From the NCBI RefSeq assembly GCF_009914755.1, contig NC_060933.1: 64,000 nt of DNA, one strand, 5' to 3'. This document shows, in pieces, positions 12,753-27,403 of this stretch. The DNA comes from the human T2T-CHM13v2.0 reference genome, Homo sapiens. A program made the translations under genes and the position numbers. Under the pieces are notes generated by a model. That model saw only the letters and a list, made by a program, of their open reading frames with translations. It made no database searches and had not been told where the DNA came from. Each line of letters starts with the position of its first letter. Positions within the stretch are counted from its first letter, which is position 1.

Positions 12753-15700
12753 CCACCAGATATTTCCAAGTATGGGACTGACATGTTAGAGAAAAGGATG
12801 GTGGAAATATCCAATTCTGGAAGTCTGGTGTACATAATTCTGAGAAAGGTGGTGTTTGGTCCCGTTGGTTCAATCTCCATTTCACTGAGAGAGCTAAACC
12901 CTGGGGAGTAGAGGGAGGCACTATCTATTCCCTGTTCTTTGCCCAGGTAGCCATGAGACCTCAAAGATTCTCCCTTCATTGTGGAATGGCCGATGCACCA
13001 AATGAAACATCGTCTCATGATGGGTCTGGCTGCATCTGGAGTTAGCCATGAAGCAAATTAATGAGCAGATTTAGTGAGGGCTTTTGGCTCTGCTGCCTCC
13101 CACATTTGGACAACAGATATGCAGCAGTGGCAGCCGGAAACCAGGAGGCTGCAGTGAAGATGGAGGTGGGAAGAGAAGAAGAGGCCCCAAGGGAGACATC
13201 CTGCAGAGTTTATGGTGTGGTGAGGTTTCTATAAAATGAGAAGAAAAGGGAGGGAGAAGAGAACACTTGATGTACTTCCATCCTTCAGTCCTCATTTGGG
13301 AAAAAACACACACATTATGGGTGAACCCATGAGTCTTTATTGGACAAGAGTGGCCTGAACATTCAGCTGGGAACAATTTTCTCCAGAACGGGGATCCAGG
13401 CCAGGTGCTGTTTGTCATTCTCACTTCTCTGACTCCACTTCTTTCTCCAAAGACCCAAGGGGGAAAGCACAAATAGGTGACAGATGATCTCTTTCTCTGG
13501 GAGTAATTCAGGGTTTGGCCACTATTTCCTACACAGATTGTTGCCTCTGAGGCTTGAAGATGAGACAAAAATTAAAGAATGCAAAGCAGTCTTATTCTTG
13601 AGGGGAATGATCATCCAATCCCGCTAAAGTTCCACTCCATTTCAACTAACGGTTTTATATTTGAGCACCTATTATATGCCAGGTATCAAGCTAGACGTCA
13701 TCACATACCTTCTCATCCATAAAGAAAAAAATAACCAAGTACAAGGAAATTAAAAAAGATCCTAAGATCTCAGTGAATCTGAAGATGAGCTCAAATAGAA
13801 TAAATTCCAGTTCTAGAATATATTAATTTTAAAAGTTATAAAATAGACTGAAAAGAACTTTACATGCCGATAGACTTTGTTAGAGTATTGGGATCTGTTT
13901 CAGTCTTTTTATTTTAATATAGAACCTGGGCCAGTTTCTAGTCACAGAGTACAAGAGCCAAGAATTCTCCATCCTAAGGATGCAAAGAACTGGTGACTTA
14001 ACTGGAACAAGGAAAGATCAAGAGCTGAAAATATTTTCCAACACATGATAAATGCATTTTCTCAATGACAGAATACAAAGTAAGTGGTGAAAATCAATAG
14101 CTTCTAATTTTTTCACCTGGTCCATAAAAATCTCTACATTAGTACTGTGAGCCAACCCATTGTCCCTATGGATTTCATTATGCCTTCATCCCTTATCAGA
14201 ATTCCTTATTCACGGTAGTGAAGAGGGGTTGAGGGAGCCTTTAATTTTGGGGATACTTTACTGTGTTTTAGAATAATCTGAGGATTTTACAAAATACGTG
14301 TTCCTGGGACTCAGCTTTAGATGTTACAAAAGTTACAGCAAGTTGGTAGCAGAGTCATCCAGGACCCCTTGCCCTAGTTCTCTGCCATCCAGCTACCTCC
14401 TGCAGCCCAGACCTGGCCACCCTGCATCTCTGCTCTCTGAGAGTGCATCCCACTGACTCCTCTCTCCTTTTCCTTCTCATTTCTCTAAACAAGCTGGTTC
14501 TGAAAGTGAAATTCGCTCCTAGAAATCAAGCCAGGGAATAACCTGACTATTTCTTGCCAAGAAGTAATAATTATGGCCCTGGAAGGATGCAATCTGCATA
14601 CATTATTGCAAGTTATGCCAACAGAATGTCAACATTTGTGTCAGGAGGAATCTCGAGCGGCAATTACTCCAGGTCTTGGCCTGGCTTTTAAGACAGAGTT
14701 GGCGGTGCTAATTGCAGGGGAGGTGAACTGGCGGGCGGGCGGGTTACACAGGGAACCACAACCTTAAAGGTCAGTGTGTGGTAGGATAGAAATGAACTTA
14801 GGGCTGGATAGGTCATGAGAATAGTGGGGGTGGAACTGCTCTTTACTAAGATGACAGGGAGGCTAGTCACAGGCACCTTCACTTTTTAGTCTCAGGTTTT
14901 CCCCTACAGTTAAGGGTCTACCTTCTCATAGATACTGAGGGGAAGTTTAGACTTTAATTTCTCCCTTCAATGGAGCAGAGCAAAGTGATAAACTCTATTA
15001 TCTGTTCACGCATTCATCTGTTTATTGAGCACCTACACACCCCAAACACACAATGCTAGGGGCAAAGATTCAGAAGGGCAGTGGGCTCAGTCCCCGCTCC
15101 GTGCAAGCTCATAGTCAGGTGGAAAGATAGACCCACAAGAGATCACTACAACACAACATGTAAGTGTTAAACGTACAAAATGCTCTGAGAAGGTGGGTGA
15201 TAACAGGGATTTGGGGCAGGGGAGAAAGAGGGGGCACATTTTGTAAGGGAGTTAGGATGTGAGCTGCAATTTAAAAGATGAACGAGTAGAAATCTACTCT
15301 ACCAGTGGTAGAATTCTCAGGATAAGGGAATTAATGTATGTGGAAAATAGAAACAGAAACTCTACCACCTCTAACAATCAAGACAAACTAAATGTAAGAA
15401 TAAGCAGTAATACGTAAAAATATAGAAAAATGCATCCAGTGAATTGACTTATTGAAAGGAAAAAAAAGTTAAAGAGCTCAGTTGTAGTCTTTCCTCTGCC
15501 ACATAGGAAAGGTACCTAGCATTTATTGGGAAACTTCTAAGTGTTAGATATTTTGCATGTAATTAAAAATAATACTTTAATTACATTATTATATTATAAA
15601 AACTATCTACACGATCTTGTCTTAAGCCATTTTACAGTTGCAGATACCATCTGGAAGAGGTTTAAAACGTTGCCCAAAGTCACTCAGTAGAAAAAGGCAC

Positions 15701-16332
15701 AAGTTAAAAGCAAGTCTTCTGGATCCCAAAGCCCAAGCTTTCCCCAGTATCTGATGTAGCTTCTAAGACAAGTCAACTAAACTCCAAGTCTTTGGTTCCT
15801 CATCTGTAAACAGAATCATTATATCAGTCTAAGGTTTTCACTTTTTTTTCCTACAATGCAGGTAAACTGCAGAGAATAAGTGAAGTGGAGATCTGGGGAG
15901 GGGCTTAGTGAATAAAGTGGCCTGCCACAGATGCTTCTTTGAAGTCACATGTTTTTGTTTTATGTTTAAAATTCTTGCAGTCTTCTTTAGACTATATCCT
16001 TGCTTGAATATACAAGTCTTAAATTCCACATTAGCTAAATTACTTAATTTTTCTTCCTAAAGCACTCAATAAAACTAATGCTTCAGGAAGTGGTGTCCAG
16101 CATCTATAAAGGTGGGGAGAAGGAACAGCAAAACCATTTCATGTTGGACTTCAAGTTCCGGGGAGCCTCAAATTGTGGTTACAGTGTAGTGGCAAATTTG
16201 TGCAAGGGAGTAAGGTGAGTCCTTATCTCAAAATATCTCCTAAAGGAAATTCATCAATCCTTGGAACTACTTCGATCACGGCGTGGGAGACTAGAATGGC
16301 CCTGAGAGAGGGCTTTAAAAATACAAAACCTT

Positions 16333-17057
<725 letters not shown>

Positions 17058-17432
17058 AAAAATATGAAATCTTTCCAGGTCTCACTGAAGCTCCCAGAAG
17101 CCCAAGCATAAGGTGCACATCCTATGGCTCTACTTGTATCCTGGAGCATCGCAAGGACTCCTACTGGGAGCACAACTCCCAGCTGGAGAAGCTTGACCCT
17201 AGATGATCTTAAACATTCCTTGCAGTGTTTTGATTCCCCATCACTGTGAAAGCCTTTCACTTTTCAAAATCCCCAAGCTAACAAAAACCATCTTTTTCCT
17301 GGGGGAGCAGTTACACTTTAGCTTATTGGGATGAAGAAACATAAAAGAGGAGACAAACGGTTCCACCACTGACTGGCTGTGTGACCTTAGTGCTCAGAGT
17401 TTCAGCCTCTCTCCTATAAAGAACTCAAGCCA

Positions 17433-17560
17433 GGAGGCTAAGGCAAGAGAATTGCTTGAACCTGGGAGGCGGGGGTTGCAATGAGCTGAGATCACGCCAC
17501 TGCACTCACTCCAGCCTGGGCGACAGAGCAAGACTCCGTCTCAAAAAAGAAAGAAAAAAA
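17433..17560 (+). mobile_element. 5'-truncated Alu (right-arm portion only)
   Basis: GGAGGCTAAGGCAAGAGAATTGCTTGAACC...A-tail; perfect 15-bp TSD AAAGAACTCAAGCCA at 17418-17432 and 17561-17575. Confidence 0.95.
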
Positions 17561-17584
17561 AAAGAACTCAAGCCACGTGCTGTG

Positions 17585-17949
17585 TGTATTAGTCCGTTCT
17601 CACACTGCTATAAAGATACTGCCTGAGACTGGGTAATTTATAAACAAAAGTGGCTTAATTGACTCACAGTTCTGCATAGCTGGAGAGGCCTCAGGAAACT
17701 TACAATCATGGCAGAAGGTGAAGAACAAACAAGGCATGTCTTCATGGCAGCAGGAGAGGAAGAGAGCGTGCAAGGAAGTGCCACACTTTAAAACCATCAG
17801 CTCTTGTGAGAACTCACTCACTGTCAGGAGAACAGCATGGGGGAAACCGCCTCCATGATCCAATCACTTCCCACCAGGTCCCTCCCTCAACAAGTGGAGA
17901 TTACAATTCAAGATGAGATTTGTGGGAGACACAGAGCCAAACCATATCA
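17585..17949 (-). mobile_element. THE1D/MSTA-type MaLR solo LTR
   Basis: TGTATTAGTCCGTTCTCACACTGCTATAAAG...GAGCCAAACCATATCA, with complete TG..CA termini. Confidence 0.9.
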
Positions 17950-19233
17950 ATATGGAATGTTCTTTTATTCCAGCTGTAGAAACAGATGATCACACATCAA
18001 ATCTACCAACCAAGCTCTGATTCTAAGCTGGAAAAGTGGATTTGTATGGGAGGTAGGGGCATTTAGGAGGCTAAAGTGATTTCATATGGGTAGCTATGCC
18101 TGTCAAAGTTTACCTCCGGAGTCACAGCTCAGAGTCAGCACCGGATAATGCTGCCACACCTGTCTCAGATCCTGGATTGTGTGAAGTTTATGGGACAGAA
18201 TGAACAGCAGGACACAAGGGGATCCACAGGACAAAGAATCATGCCCTTGAAACCGGTGGGAGGTGAAGAAAGGAGGCTTAATTAATGACCCATCAGCACT
18301 GATGAGCAGAGGAGCTAACGGGCCAGCTGCAGCTTCCTGGCTGTGACATGCTCACACCAGGCAGGGGCCAGCAGCCTCTGAACCCGGCAGTAGATGTCTG
18401 TGACACAGTGTGCCTCCTGCTTCGGCTGACACATCTTGATTAGTTTCTGTCCCTTGGACTTGGGTACTTTTCTCCCTGGGATGTGTGTCTCACTCCTTCA
18501 AAGGAGCAGCAAGTGGTGAGGAAAGGCTTTATCATGATCAGTAGCTGACTCAAGTGGGGTCAGGATGTTGACTTAGAAAATTACTGTTTTCCTAGAGTCT
18601 GAATAAATCCAGTACCAGACCCAGACCTTTCAGGTTTAGAGAATTTAATTTAGAGCAATTGATTTATCCATTGTGGACAGATGGACTCTATAAAGTATTT
18701 TTGGACAGGATTTATGGAAGGTTTTCCCCACCTAACATGGTTTAAAAAAATATTAAACAGTTGCTGACAAACTCCCCTGATCTTTGCAGGATCCATTCCC
18801 CATTAGACGGTGCTCATGTCAAGAGATAAACAGGTGAAAAGTGGCATCCTAATTGTCGTGTGAAACTGGTGTCATGAATAAAGAAGAAAGAGGGAGTGGC
18901 AGCTATCAGCAGCTATCCCCCCATGGGGGATCAGAGATTTGGTTCTGGAGGAAGTTTGCTGTTTAGCTTTCAATGCTCACATCATAGTCAGTGCCATTGA
19001 AAAGAGAAGAAAACTGAGAAGTACAGGCTGAATTCAAGTTCCTCATTGATTTCTTTCTCTTTTAATTATGTGGGGAAAACAACATGAAAACACAGTTAGG
19101 ATTAAGATAAGAGTGTGGACTGCAGGTTAAAATGTTACATTGAGTTTAATTAAGGAGAGAATTGAGAATATTTCAGAATGATGGGTAGGTGTGGGGATGG
19201 GGTGGGGCAGGCAATTAGAAAGATCATCTAAGG

Positions 19234-19452
19234 CAGCAGTCAGCAAAATTTCTCTGTAAAGGTCCAGATAGTAAATATCTTGGATTTTGCAGGCCAAATG
19301 GCCTCTGCTGCATCTATTCAGCTCTGCCATTGTGTGTGAAAAGTAGGTACAGATAATACATAAGTGAATGGTCATGAACGTATTCTAATAAAACTTTACA
19401 AAAACAGATGCCAGCCAGGTCTGGCCCACAGGCCATGGTTTGTTGATCCTTG
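19234..19452 (+). mobile_element. MER58A hAT-Charlie MITE
   Basis: CAGCAAAATTTCTCTGTAAAGGTCCAGATAGTAAATAT...; 8-bp TSD ATCTAAGG/ATCTAAAG. Confidence 0.9.
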
Positions 19453-19674
19453 ATCTAAAGTGTGTGATGACTCCATATTTCCCTCCTACCATACTAGGCT
19501 GTTCTATCATGTTTAGACCATCATAGTACCTAATATGAAGCTCTCTGGAAGAGATCCCATGGAGGAACAGCACCAAGAATTCAATCATAAGCATTCATTG
19601 AGCATATATTATGTCAGACATGGAATAGGCACTTTGCACATATCATTTCTAACATTTGCCACCCTATGGGTAAA

Positions 19675-20073
19675 AAATGTATTATGGTCACTATGTCATG
19701 AAATCTGGAATCCCCTGTCTTCTAGTGAATAAATAACCTCTACCCAGTCCCTTGGTTAGGAGTGGCCATGTAACCTGCTTTATCCCATAGAATGTGAGCA
19801 CATGTGACGGGTTTCATTACTGGGAGGAAATTTTTTTATCGTGGTGACAAACTCTGCACAGCTAGTGGTGGGAGCATGTACCAAACTGGAGGTGCCACAG
19901 ATGGAAGCATCTGGAATGCTGGGCCAATACACAGAGGAGCCTGCCCTGGCTAGCTGTTCGAAGTCTGCAGTAGACTTTAAGCAAAAATCAGTTTCTGTTG
20001 TATTAAACCATTGAGATGCTGGGAATTTGGTTGCTGTTGCCACTGCAGCCTTACTTAGCCCGACCTCACTAAT
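19675..20073 (+). mobile_element. MLT1I/J-type MaLR LTR nested in a MIR (MIR halves ~19585-19672 and ~20072-20195, minus strand)
   Basis: TGTTGTATTAAACCATTGAGAT...CACTGCAGCCTTACTTAGCC LTR end; the MIR core ATGAGGAAACTGAGGCTCAG resumes directly after. Confidence 0.7.
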
Positions 20074-20234
20074 GAGGAAACTGAGGCTCAGCAGGGAATG
20101 AGTAACTCACCAAGGATTTACAGCAAATAATTGGCTAAGGCAGGATTAAACCTGGATCATTCTGACTCCAAAGTCCAGTATTTTCTCCACTGTGAAATTT
20201 AAAATATAAAGAAATTTATATTCATCCTGAGAAA

Positions 20235-20795
20235 AGGAGCCAGAGTAATCTTTTTTCAAAATGTAATTTACATTTACTTTGAAGTAGAATCCCAGTCCTT
20301 GCCATGTTCTCCGGGACCCTACATCATTTTCCCCTTGCACATCTTTCCACCTTCCCTCATCTTCTCCCATTCAGTCCTTCTCTTACCGAGCCCCAGCCAC
20401 CATGGCCTCATTTCGGCTCCTTGAACTTTCCAAACTCCTCTTCTTGGGAAATTCACATATATGGTTCTGTAAGTCTGGCATGTTTTAACCTCCAATCTTT
20501 GCTAGGCTGGCTCCTCTTACGTGTTATGTCTCAGCTTAAATGTTCTTTTCCTTAGAAACATTTTCTCCAACTGTACATAATAACCTCCCCCATTATTCCC
20601 TTGCACCCTCCTTTGTTGCTTCTCAGTCTCGATTTCAACTTGGATTCGTATATGTGTTTTGTTACTTGCTTATTGTTTATCTTTCCAAGGAGGGTCCAAA
20701 CTCTGCCAAATTCCTTTAGGTCTGTATACCAAACTCTGGCACAGTGCCTGACATACAGTAGACTCTCTATAACTACTTATTGACTGAGTGAAGGC
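20235..20795 (+). mobile_element. L2 LINE 3' region
   Basis: GAGCCAGAGTAATCTTT...GCACAGTGCCTGACATACAGTAG..TATTGACTGAGTGAA terminus. Confidence 0.75.
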
Positions 20796-22889
20796 CAACA
20801 TGGAGTCTTATATTTATTTCAGATATAGGTAAATGGAAAGATCATTGATTCAGACACCCAGCTTTGCCATTTGCTATTTGTGTGGTTCTGAATAAGTAGG
20901 TTTATGTCAACAGGTAAAGATTCACTCATGGCAGAGGAGAAATAACTTCTCTAATAAGTTAGAGATTACCATGGACTGACCTCTACACCAGAAATCAGGT
21001 AATAGGGTTTCACTTATAAAAATCATGCATGTTGGATATAGCCAGTGTTGCTGGGATGGGAATAAATAAAGTATCACTTCTGTGATAAATAACATGAGAT
21101 TTGTACCCATTCAATATCTATTAAAGGCATCACTAATCACTTATTAATTTTTTAAAAGACGATACTAGTTGAATAAAACTTCTAGACCAAGGGAAACAGC
21201 AAGCTGTGGTGGAAAAAAAATAACAACCTAGGCTTGGAAGCATTGTCCACCACTCTCTAGAGTTATGAACAGGGAAAAGGGGTGAGGCCTCTCTGAATCT
21301 GGTGTGTGTATGAGTGCAGGTGCACATGTGTGCGTGTTTCATCTACAAAATGGAGGTAATATCCATCCACATCATAAGATTACATACAGTAAGTACTGGT
21401 GGAAGCACTAGGTGATTGGTGAACTTCAGAAAGCATTATGGTGTGGTGGACCACTCATGGGCTTTGCAATTCCACATATTTTGGGTGGAAAAATAAACTA
21501 CCCCACTCACTAGTTGTATGACACTGATTAAATTACCTATCTTTTCTAAGCCTTATTTTTCTTATCTGTAAAATGGAAATAATAGTCTCTACCTCATCTG
21601 GCTCTCATAAAAGTTAAAGGTTATGGACATAAGATACATAGCAATGATAGAAAACTTGATAGAAAGTTGTCCTTGTAATGCAAGACACTCATTATACAAG
21701 AGCCGCTGAATAATATGGCAGTGAGTAGGTTCAGGCTGTGGATTTGTTGGGTCCCACAAGAAACCCACTTTCTAGATACTTTGGAGGCCTGTCTGATGTT
21801 TATCTGGATCTGCAGTGCTTCCTCCCATTCTGTATTTGAGGTGGTTCAATGTGGCAGAGACATATGCTACTTCCAAGCCTCTGCTCCAGGTCTCCAGGGA
21901 AGAAGAAACACAGCAGTGTGAGGAGCTGGACAGCTTCTTCTACAGAGCCCTGGAAAACAGCTCTGTGTTCCTTCTGCCTGAGAGGTGTTATGTAAATAGG
22001 AAGCTTTAATTACTATAATTAGCTCAGGTGCTGGCTCCTTAACAAGAGCGGTCACACCTGACTCTCTGTGGCAACTGACTCTGAATCTGGCCGTCTGAGC
22101 CATTGGAGAAAAAAATAGGGTGGTGGTGGAGGGAATTGGGTTGGTCAGAGGGTATCAGCCAAGTGGGCAGGGAAGCAAAATAGCTGCCTCCAGCTGGGGT
22201 GGGCACAACAGGGTAGAAAGTCAAAGCCCACCACTCAGTGGTTGTTGATAATTCCTCATGGCAGGGGACACCTGATAATTTGTAGGACCTCTGGCTGTTG
22301 GGCATCACAATTTTCATGCCACAGGAAATGCCCAGAACCAAGTAGTTAAAGGCTTTGGACTCAGACTTACTCCAGATTTGAGTACAAAGTGCTGCCACTT
22401 ACTAGCTGTGTTTCCTTGAACACATGCTGTCACCTCTCTGAATGTTTTTCCACTGCATAAGAGCAGTGTGAAGATTTAATGAAATGTAATTAAGAATGGA
22501 TGCAAAGTGCTGAGCCTGGCACCCAGCATCTGGAAACCATCTTGTGCATCACCTCACTTAATCCTAACAGCAACCCTCTCAGTGGGAATGCTCATCCCAT
22601 TTTACAGACTAGGAAGCAGGCTCAGAGAAGGTTGTAAATCTCCTTGCCATGGATTGGGCTAGGTTCCAATCTACAGAGTAAAGGCAGTGCATGCCTTCAG
22701 GTGATGGGGGCTGGGGAGGAAAGAACTGAGCAATGACTGCAACAGAAACATTAATGACGACCATAGTTATAAAAACCACCACTTCTGGAGAACCCTCTCT
22801 GTACCAGCCTGTTACAGATGCTATACATAACTGTACCATTTCACCTTCCCCAACCACCCTATGAAAATCTAAGGATTAGACAGCTTAAG

Positions 22890-23035
22890 CCAATGTTTCT
22901 CAAAACTCAGTGTGCAAATGGATCACCTGATGATCTTTTTTAAATGCAACAGGTCTCTGGGATCTGAGGTTCGAAGTCTCTAACAATCTTCCAGATGATG
23001 CTGATGGTCTGAGGGTCACACTTTGGGTAAAAAGG
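22890..23035. mobile_element. MER5A-type hAT MITE inside a MIR
   Basis: CAATGTTTCTCAAAACTC..GATCACCTG...TCTAACAATCTTCCAGATGATGCTGATGGTC..CACACTTTG. Confidence 0.65.
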
Positions 23036-23734
23036 GTTTAAATAACTTACCCAAACTCACTCAATTATCAAGGAGTAGAGACACGATTTAACCCAGTTCT
23101 CTCTGACTCCAGAGTCTGTGTTCTGTTCTCTACTCTTAATAACAGAGGTAGACTTTACAGAGGAGGTGGCATTGGAGAAGACCCTTGAAGGATCGCCTGA
23201 GAAGATAGCATCCCTAGCATCAACTCTGTTTTAATGAATAGATATAGCTCATTTTTCATAAAGAGCATCCGCTTACTTGCCAACCATGTACTCAATTTAT
23301 TAAAAGCTATTGGTTTAGGTAAGTAGGTAAACTCTCTCCCTTGCTGCTTCTTTATACATTTGCTTAGCAAATCCTTTCACTCATAGAGAGTGTAAGGAAA
23401 TTATAAATTCAGAGTTACCAACATGAAAACTAAGGAAATTTTACCATATCGACAGCAAGCTTGTTGTTACACTGATATTGGATCTTCTGCCCTACTTGAG
23501 GATTGTAGGTAAGACCTAAAGGTCCAATCTAAAATAAGGAATTTTATAACTCTTAAATGAAGATGACTATATTCTCAGTCAAAATTAGGGTGATTTTGCA
23601 CACAAAATGAACCTCCGTCATCCTTCAGCACTTGTGATTGTGTGCCCAGTAGGCCTGCTGCTTCTAGTCTTAAAATAAGAGAATGTTAAACCAAGAAGGG
23701 GCTTTAAAAAATAGACCATCTATCAGATATATAT

Positions 23735-23890
23735 GGTAAGCCCTAGAGCAAACACTAAGAAAATAACAAAAAATATACATTGGGAAAAAACTAAAGGAAC
23801 TAAAACATTACACTAGAAAATATACACTTACTATGAAAGAAAGTAGTAAAGTCATAGAGGAACGAAAAAGGCATGAAGCATATAAGAAGT
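23735..23890 (+). mobile_element. Old L1M fragment (inter-ORF region)
   Basis: GTAAGCCCTAGAGCAAACACTAAGAAAATAAC...CACTAGAAAATATACACTTA..AAAGAAAGTAGTAAAG. Confidence 0.6.
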
Positions 23891-24169
23891 GGATTTAACT
23901 ATGGCAGTTCCTGCATGAGTCTGATTTTTCAGCGACTAGTCGAAATCACTATCATGGTTTGTTTTGTTTCCATTTTTCAAGGAAAGTCTTAGCATGCATG
24001 CAATTCCTACTGGGAGAGTGAACGTTCCACTTAATGATGAAACTGTAAGAATCATCCTTAAGTTTAGGTGTACCCCTAATGTTCAACACTGTCATAAAAG
24101 ATATTAACCAATGCAAAAATATAAGAAAAAGAGTAAGAGTCATATCCTGGAAAGGAGACAAAATAGTAA

Positions 24170-24428
24170 TGGAGAGGCAGGTGACTTAATGGCAAAGAGA
24201 ACAGATGATGAAGCCACACACAGGTTTAAACTTTGGCTTTCACACTTACTATCTGAGAAATCCTGGGCAAGTTTCTTAATCTCTATGCTTCCATTGCTCC
24301 ACCTATAAAATTAAGATTTCAGTGATAATGGTATTAATAGCCATGAGCTATTGTTGTGAAGATTAAATGAGTTAATATTTGTAAAATGCTTAGAAAATAT
24401 AAGTTCTACATAATCATTTGCTGTTACT
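24170..24428 (+). mobile_element. MIR SINE
   Basis: CTGGGCAAGTTTCTTAATCTCTATGCTTC...TTGTTGTGAAGATTAAATGAGTTAATATTTGTAAAATGCTTAGAA. Confidence 0.85.
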
Positions 24429-25814
24429 CAGACAACATAATTTTTCATAAAGCTATCATAATTTACATGAAAAATGCAAAAGATTTAATAGCCTAGCCAC
24501 TGGAACTGATAACAGAAGAGCTCTGCAAAGTTTCTTGATATGTCAACCTAGAGGGATAAATAGTGTTTCTTCACTCTTGCGATAACTGATGTGATCACAT
24601 AACAAAAAGGAGAAAAGAAGAGAAATTGACCTGTCCATGTCAGAAAGATGCAGGAAGACTCTCTTCCTACAAGGTTAGAGAATGAGTCAAACTAGGAGGT
24701 GGAAAGAGAGAAAGGATAATGTCTGAAAGCTAGGTGCTCTACCCTTACTCAGTAGAGATAGAAAAGGGAGATTCAGGTGGGCTCACATGGCACCTCACTC
24801 CTGAGGCTGTTTACAGACAAGTAACGTCCACAAGCCCCATACCTGGTGAGGAAACTGTCTTCACCATCCCCAGTGCAGAAATCATAATTAAAAAGATGTA
24901 CATTTTTTAACCCATTGCTTTTACTATCCCCCTAATCTCACCCTATCCATCCTGCACACATCCAGTGTCCTCTTTCTTAACATGATTTTTTTCTCTGAAA
25001 GGAATGCCTCTACTTCTCCACTGTATGGTAAAATCTTCCTTATCTTTCAAGCTCTATCTCAAATGACACCTTCTCTGCAAAAGCCTTCCCTGGCTCCATC
25101 ATACAGAATCAAAAACTGCCTGCCTTGTTCTTTGTCCATGTTATATTTATATTTAGTTGAAAGAGGAATTATAGACTGTAAAACTCAAATAGACATTTCT
25201 ATTCACCAACTAATTGCTTGATTTACTCCCTGACTTTCTTCAGATTAAACCAAAGAGATGCAGAGTGCTTCTCTTATTTCTTCCAGAGAAGGCATAAGTA
25301 TTTGGGATGAGGCCAAACTCTCAGCACCCCAGACAAGAGATTTTTTTACCCTGAACTCCTTCTACAACCAACTCCCAGATGAGGATTTGCAGAATGTTCT
25401 TAGCTTGTGGGAACTCAAGGGAAAAAGTCTTCAGAGAGCAAATGAGATAAACATAGAAATAGAGACACAATGTTGTCTTAAATCCTGTTTCCCTAGGAAT
25501 TTGGACTCAGAGCAGATGTTTGCAAAGCAATGTTCAAGTATGAGAGCAGGAAAATGATGAACTATTCCTGGGCAATCCAAGGAAAATATGAAATGCCGAG
25601 TGATGTGCTCAGTTTATTCTGATGCTGCAGACGCTTAGACTGTGTTTGGTAGATCCAAAATAAAAACTGCTTTGGCTTCAATAGAGAGAGCTGAAAGGAT
25701 TACAAGATGATGTTTTCAGCATCAAAAGCTGATATCACCTTTCCCCTTAAACTAAATGACTAATATACATAGATACTGATCCCAGTATTTCATTATTCAA
25801 AAAGTCTATCTTCC

Positions 25815-26380
25815 TCCTTCATTTACTCATTCAAAAAATTCCTAACAACCCTAAAATGTCGTGTGAGGTGATGGAGATGCAGCACTTGACCTCACTTTCC
25901 TCACAGTTTAGTGTAAGGAAACTAATGATCTCAAAATAACTACGGGATTGCAGTTATGATCAGTGGGATGAAATAGAGGCAAAGGAAGCAATAATTTTAT
26001 ATAACTAGGGGGTTAACCAAGTTCAGAGGTGGGGAGAAAGAAACAAGAACACCCTCCCTGGGAAAGGATAGTGAACCTGAGATTGAACCATGAATAGATT
26101 CATGCAGATAAAGAGCAGGGCAAGAGCATTTTGGGCCACAACAGAAACTTCCAGACAAACTCTAAGATAGAAAGGAGTTTGACAACTTCAAGAAATAAGA
26201 GAAAGTCAGCATAGCAATAACAGCAGGTGTTGGGTATAGAGTGGTGCGAGCTCAGGTTGGTAGCGGGGTAGAGACCATATCCATCAAGGCCTTAGACCCA
26301 TGTTAATGAGTGTGGACTTTATCCTGAGAGCACTTTTAGAGCAATTAAGCTGGAGGATGATGTCAGAATTTGCATTTCAA
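25815..26380 (-). mobile_element. L2 LINE fragment
   Basis: TTCATTTACTCATTCAAAAAATT terminus and reverse L2 body. Confidence 0.65.
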
Positions 26381-26991
26381 ATTTTCTACCTAACAAGGTC
26401 CTATCGATATACAAATGCTCAACTTGAATTCCACCTCCTCACTGAATCCCTTAAGCTACTCCTCATACACATACCTCAGCTCTCTCACTGTCCATGGTAT
26501 CATCTGCCTATTCTCTCTCTCTCTCTCTTTTTTTTTTTTTTTTTGCTTCACAACCCAATACTTTAAATTATTCTATATTTTTTTCAATGTGATAGCCTTA
26601 CTTGTTTGTGATATGCGAAAATGCCTTAAGAACAGGAATTACAGGCTCAAAGTTAGAAAACAACCTAGCAATCACTTAGCCCAAATATCCATGCAACTAA
26701 AAAATGACCTTGAAGCATCTGTGAGAGGACATTATCTTTTTTTATACTTGAATATTTCTCAGTGATGGGACACCTCCTATCTCTGATATCTCTGACTGAA
26801 ATGCTCCACCTAAGACTATTTCTGCCATATGACGTAATAGAAGACTACTATCACATAATGCCATCCTAATTCCTTCTCCCACTGGAAGATGAAAATATCT
26901 ACTTTCGACTCACTCTAACACTTTCTTCATACTGTCCATAGTGTAATCTTTCTTACATTCAGTTCTGATAACAACATACTCCTTTTTAAAC

Positions 26992-27209
26992 CAAGCTTGT
27001 CCAACCCATGGCCCGCAGACTGCATGTGGCCCAGGACAGCTTTGAATGTAGCCCAGTGCAAATTTGTAAACGTTCTTAAAACATTTTTTTGCAATTTTTC
27101 CTTTTTTAGCTCATCAGCTATCCTTAGTGTTAGCGTATTTTATGTGTGGCCCAAGACAATTTTTCTTCTTCCAATGTGGTCCAGGGAAGCCAAAGATTGA
27201 ACACCTCTG
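26992..27209 (-). mobile_element. MER30 hAT-Charlie MITE
   Basis: CAAGCTTGTCCAACCC..GGCCCAGGACAGCTTTGAATG...CCAGGGAAGCCAAAGATTGAACACC; degenerate 8-bp TSD TTTTAAAC/TTCTAAGC. Confidence 0.9.
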
Positions 27210-27403
27210 TTCTAAGCCCTTTAGTGGTAGATGCATATACCAACTTAATTGGCGAATTGGCACCACATTTTCCAGAATATGTTTTACTGAATACTTTAGA
27301 ACAAGCAGAGCCAGAAGGCATATTTTGTAGTTTGGAAGGCAGAACCGAAGAAACATTCATATTCATTTTACCTTTGGAAGATTATTACAGGGCCCAAGGT
27401 ACG

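Noticed and set aside
13071-13568. 165-aa minus-strand ORF
   Set aside because: Non-ATG start, no recognisable domain and no splice or codon support; consistent with a chance ORF.
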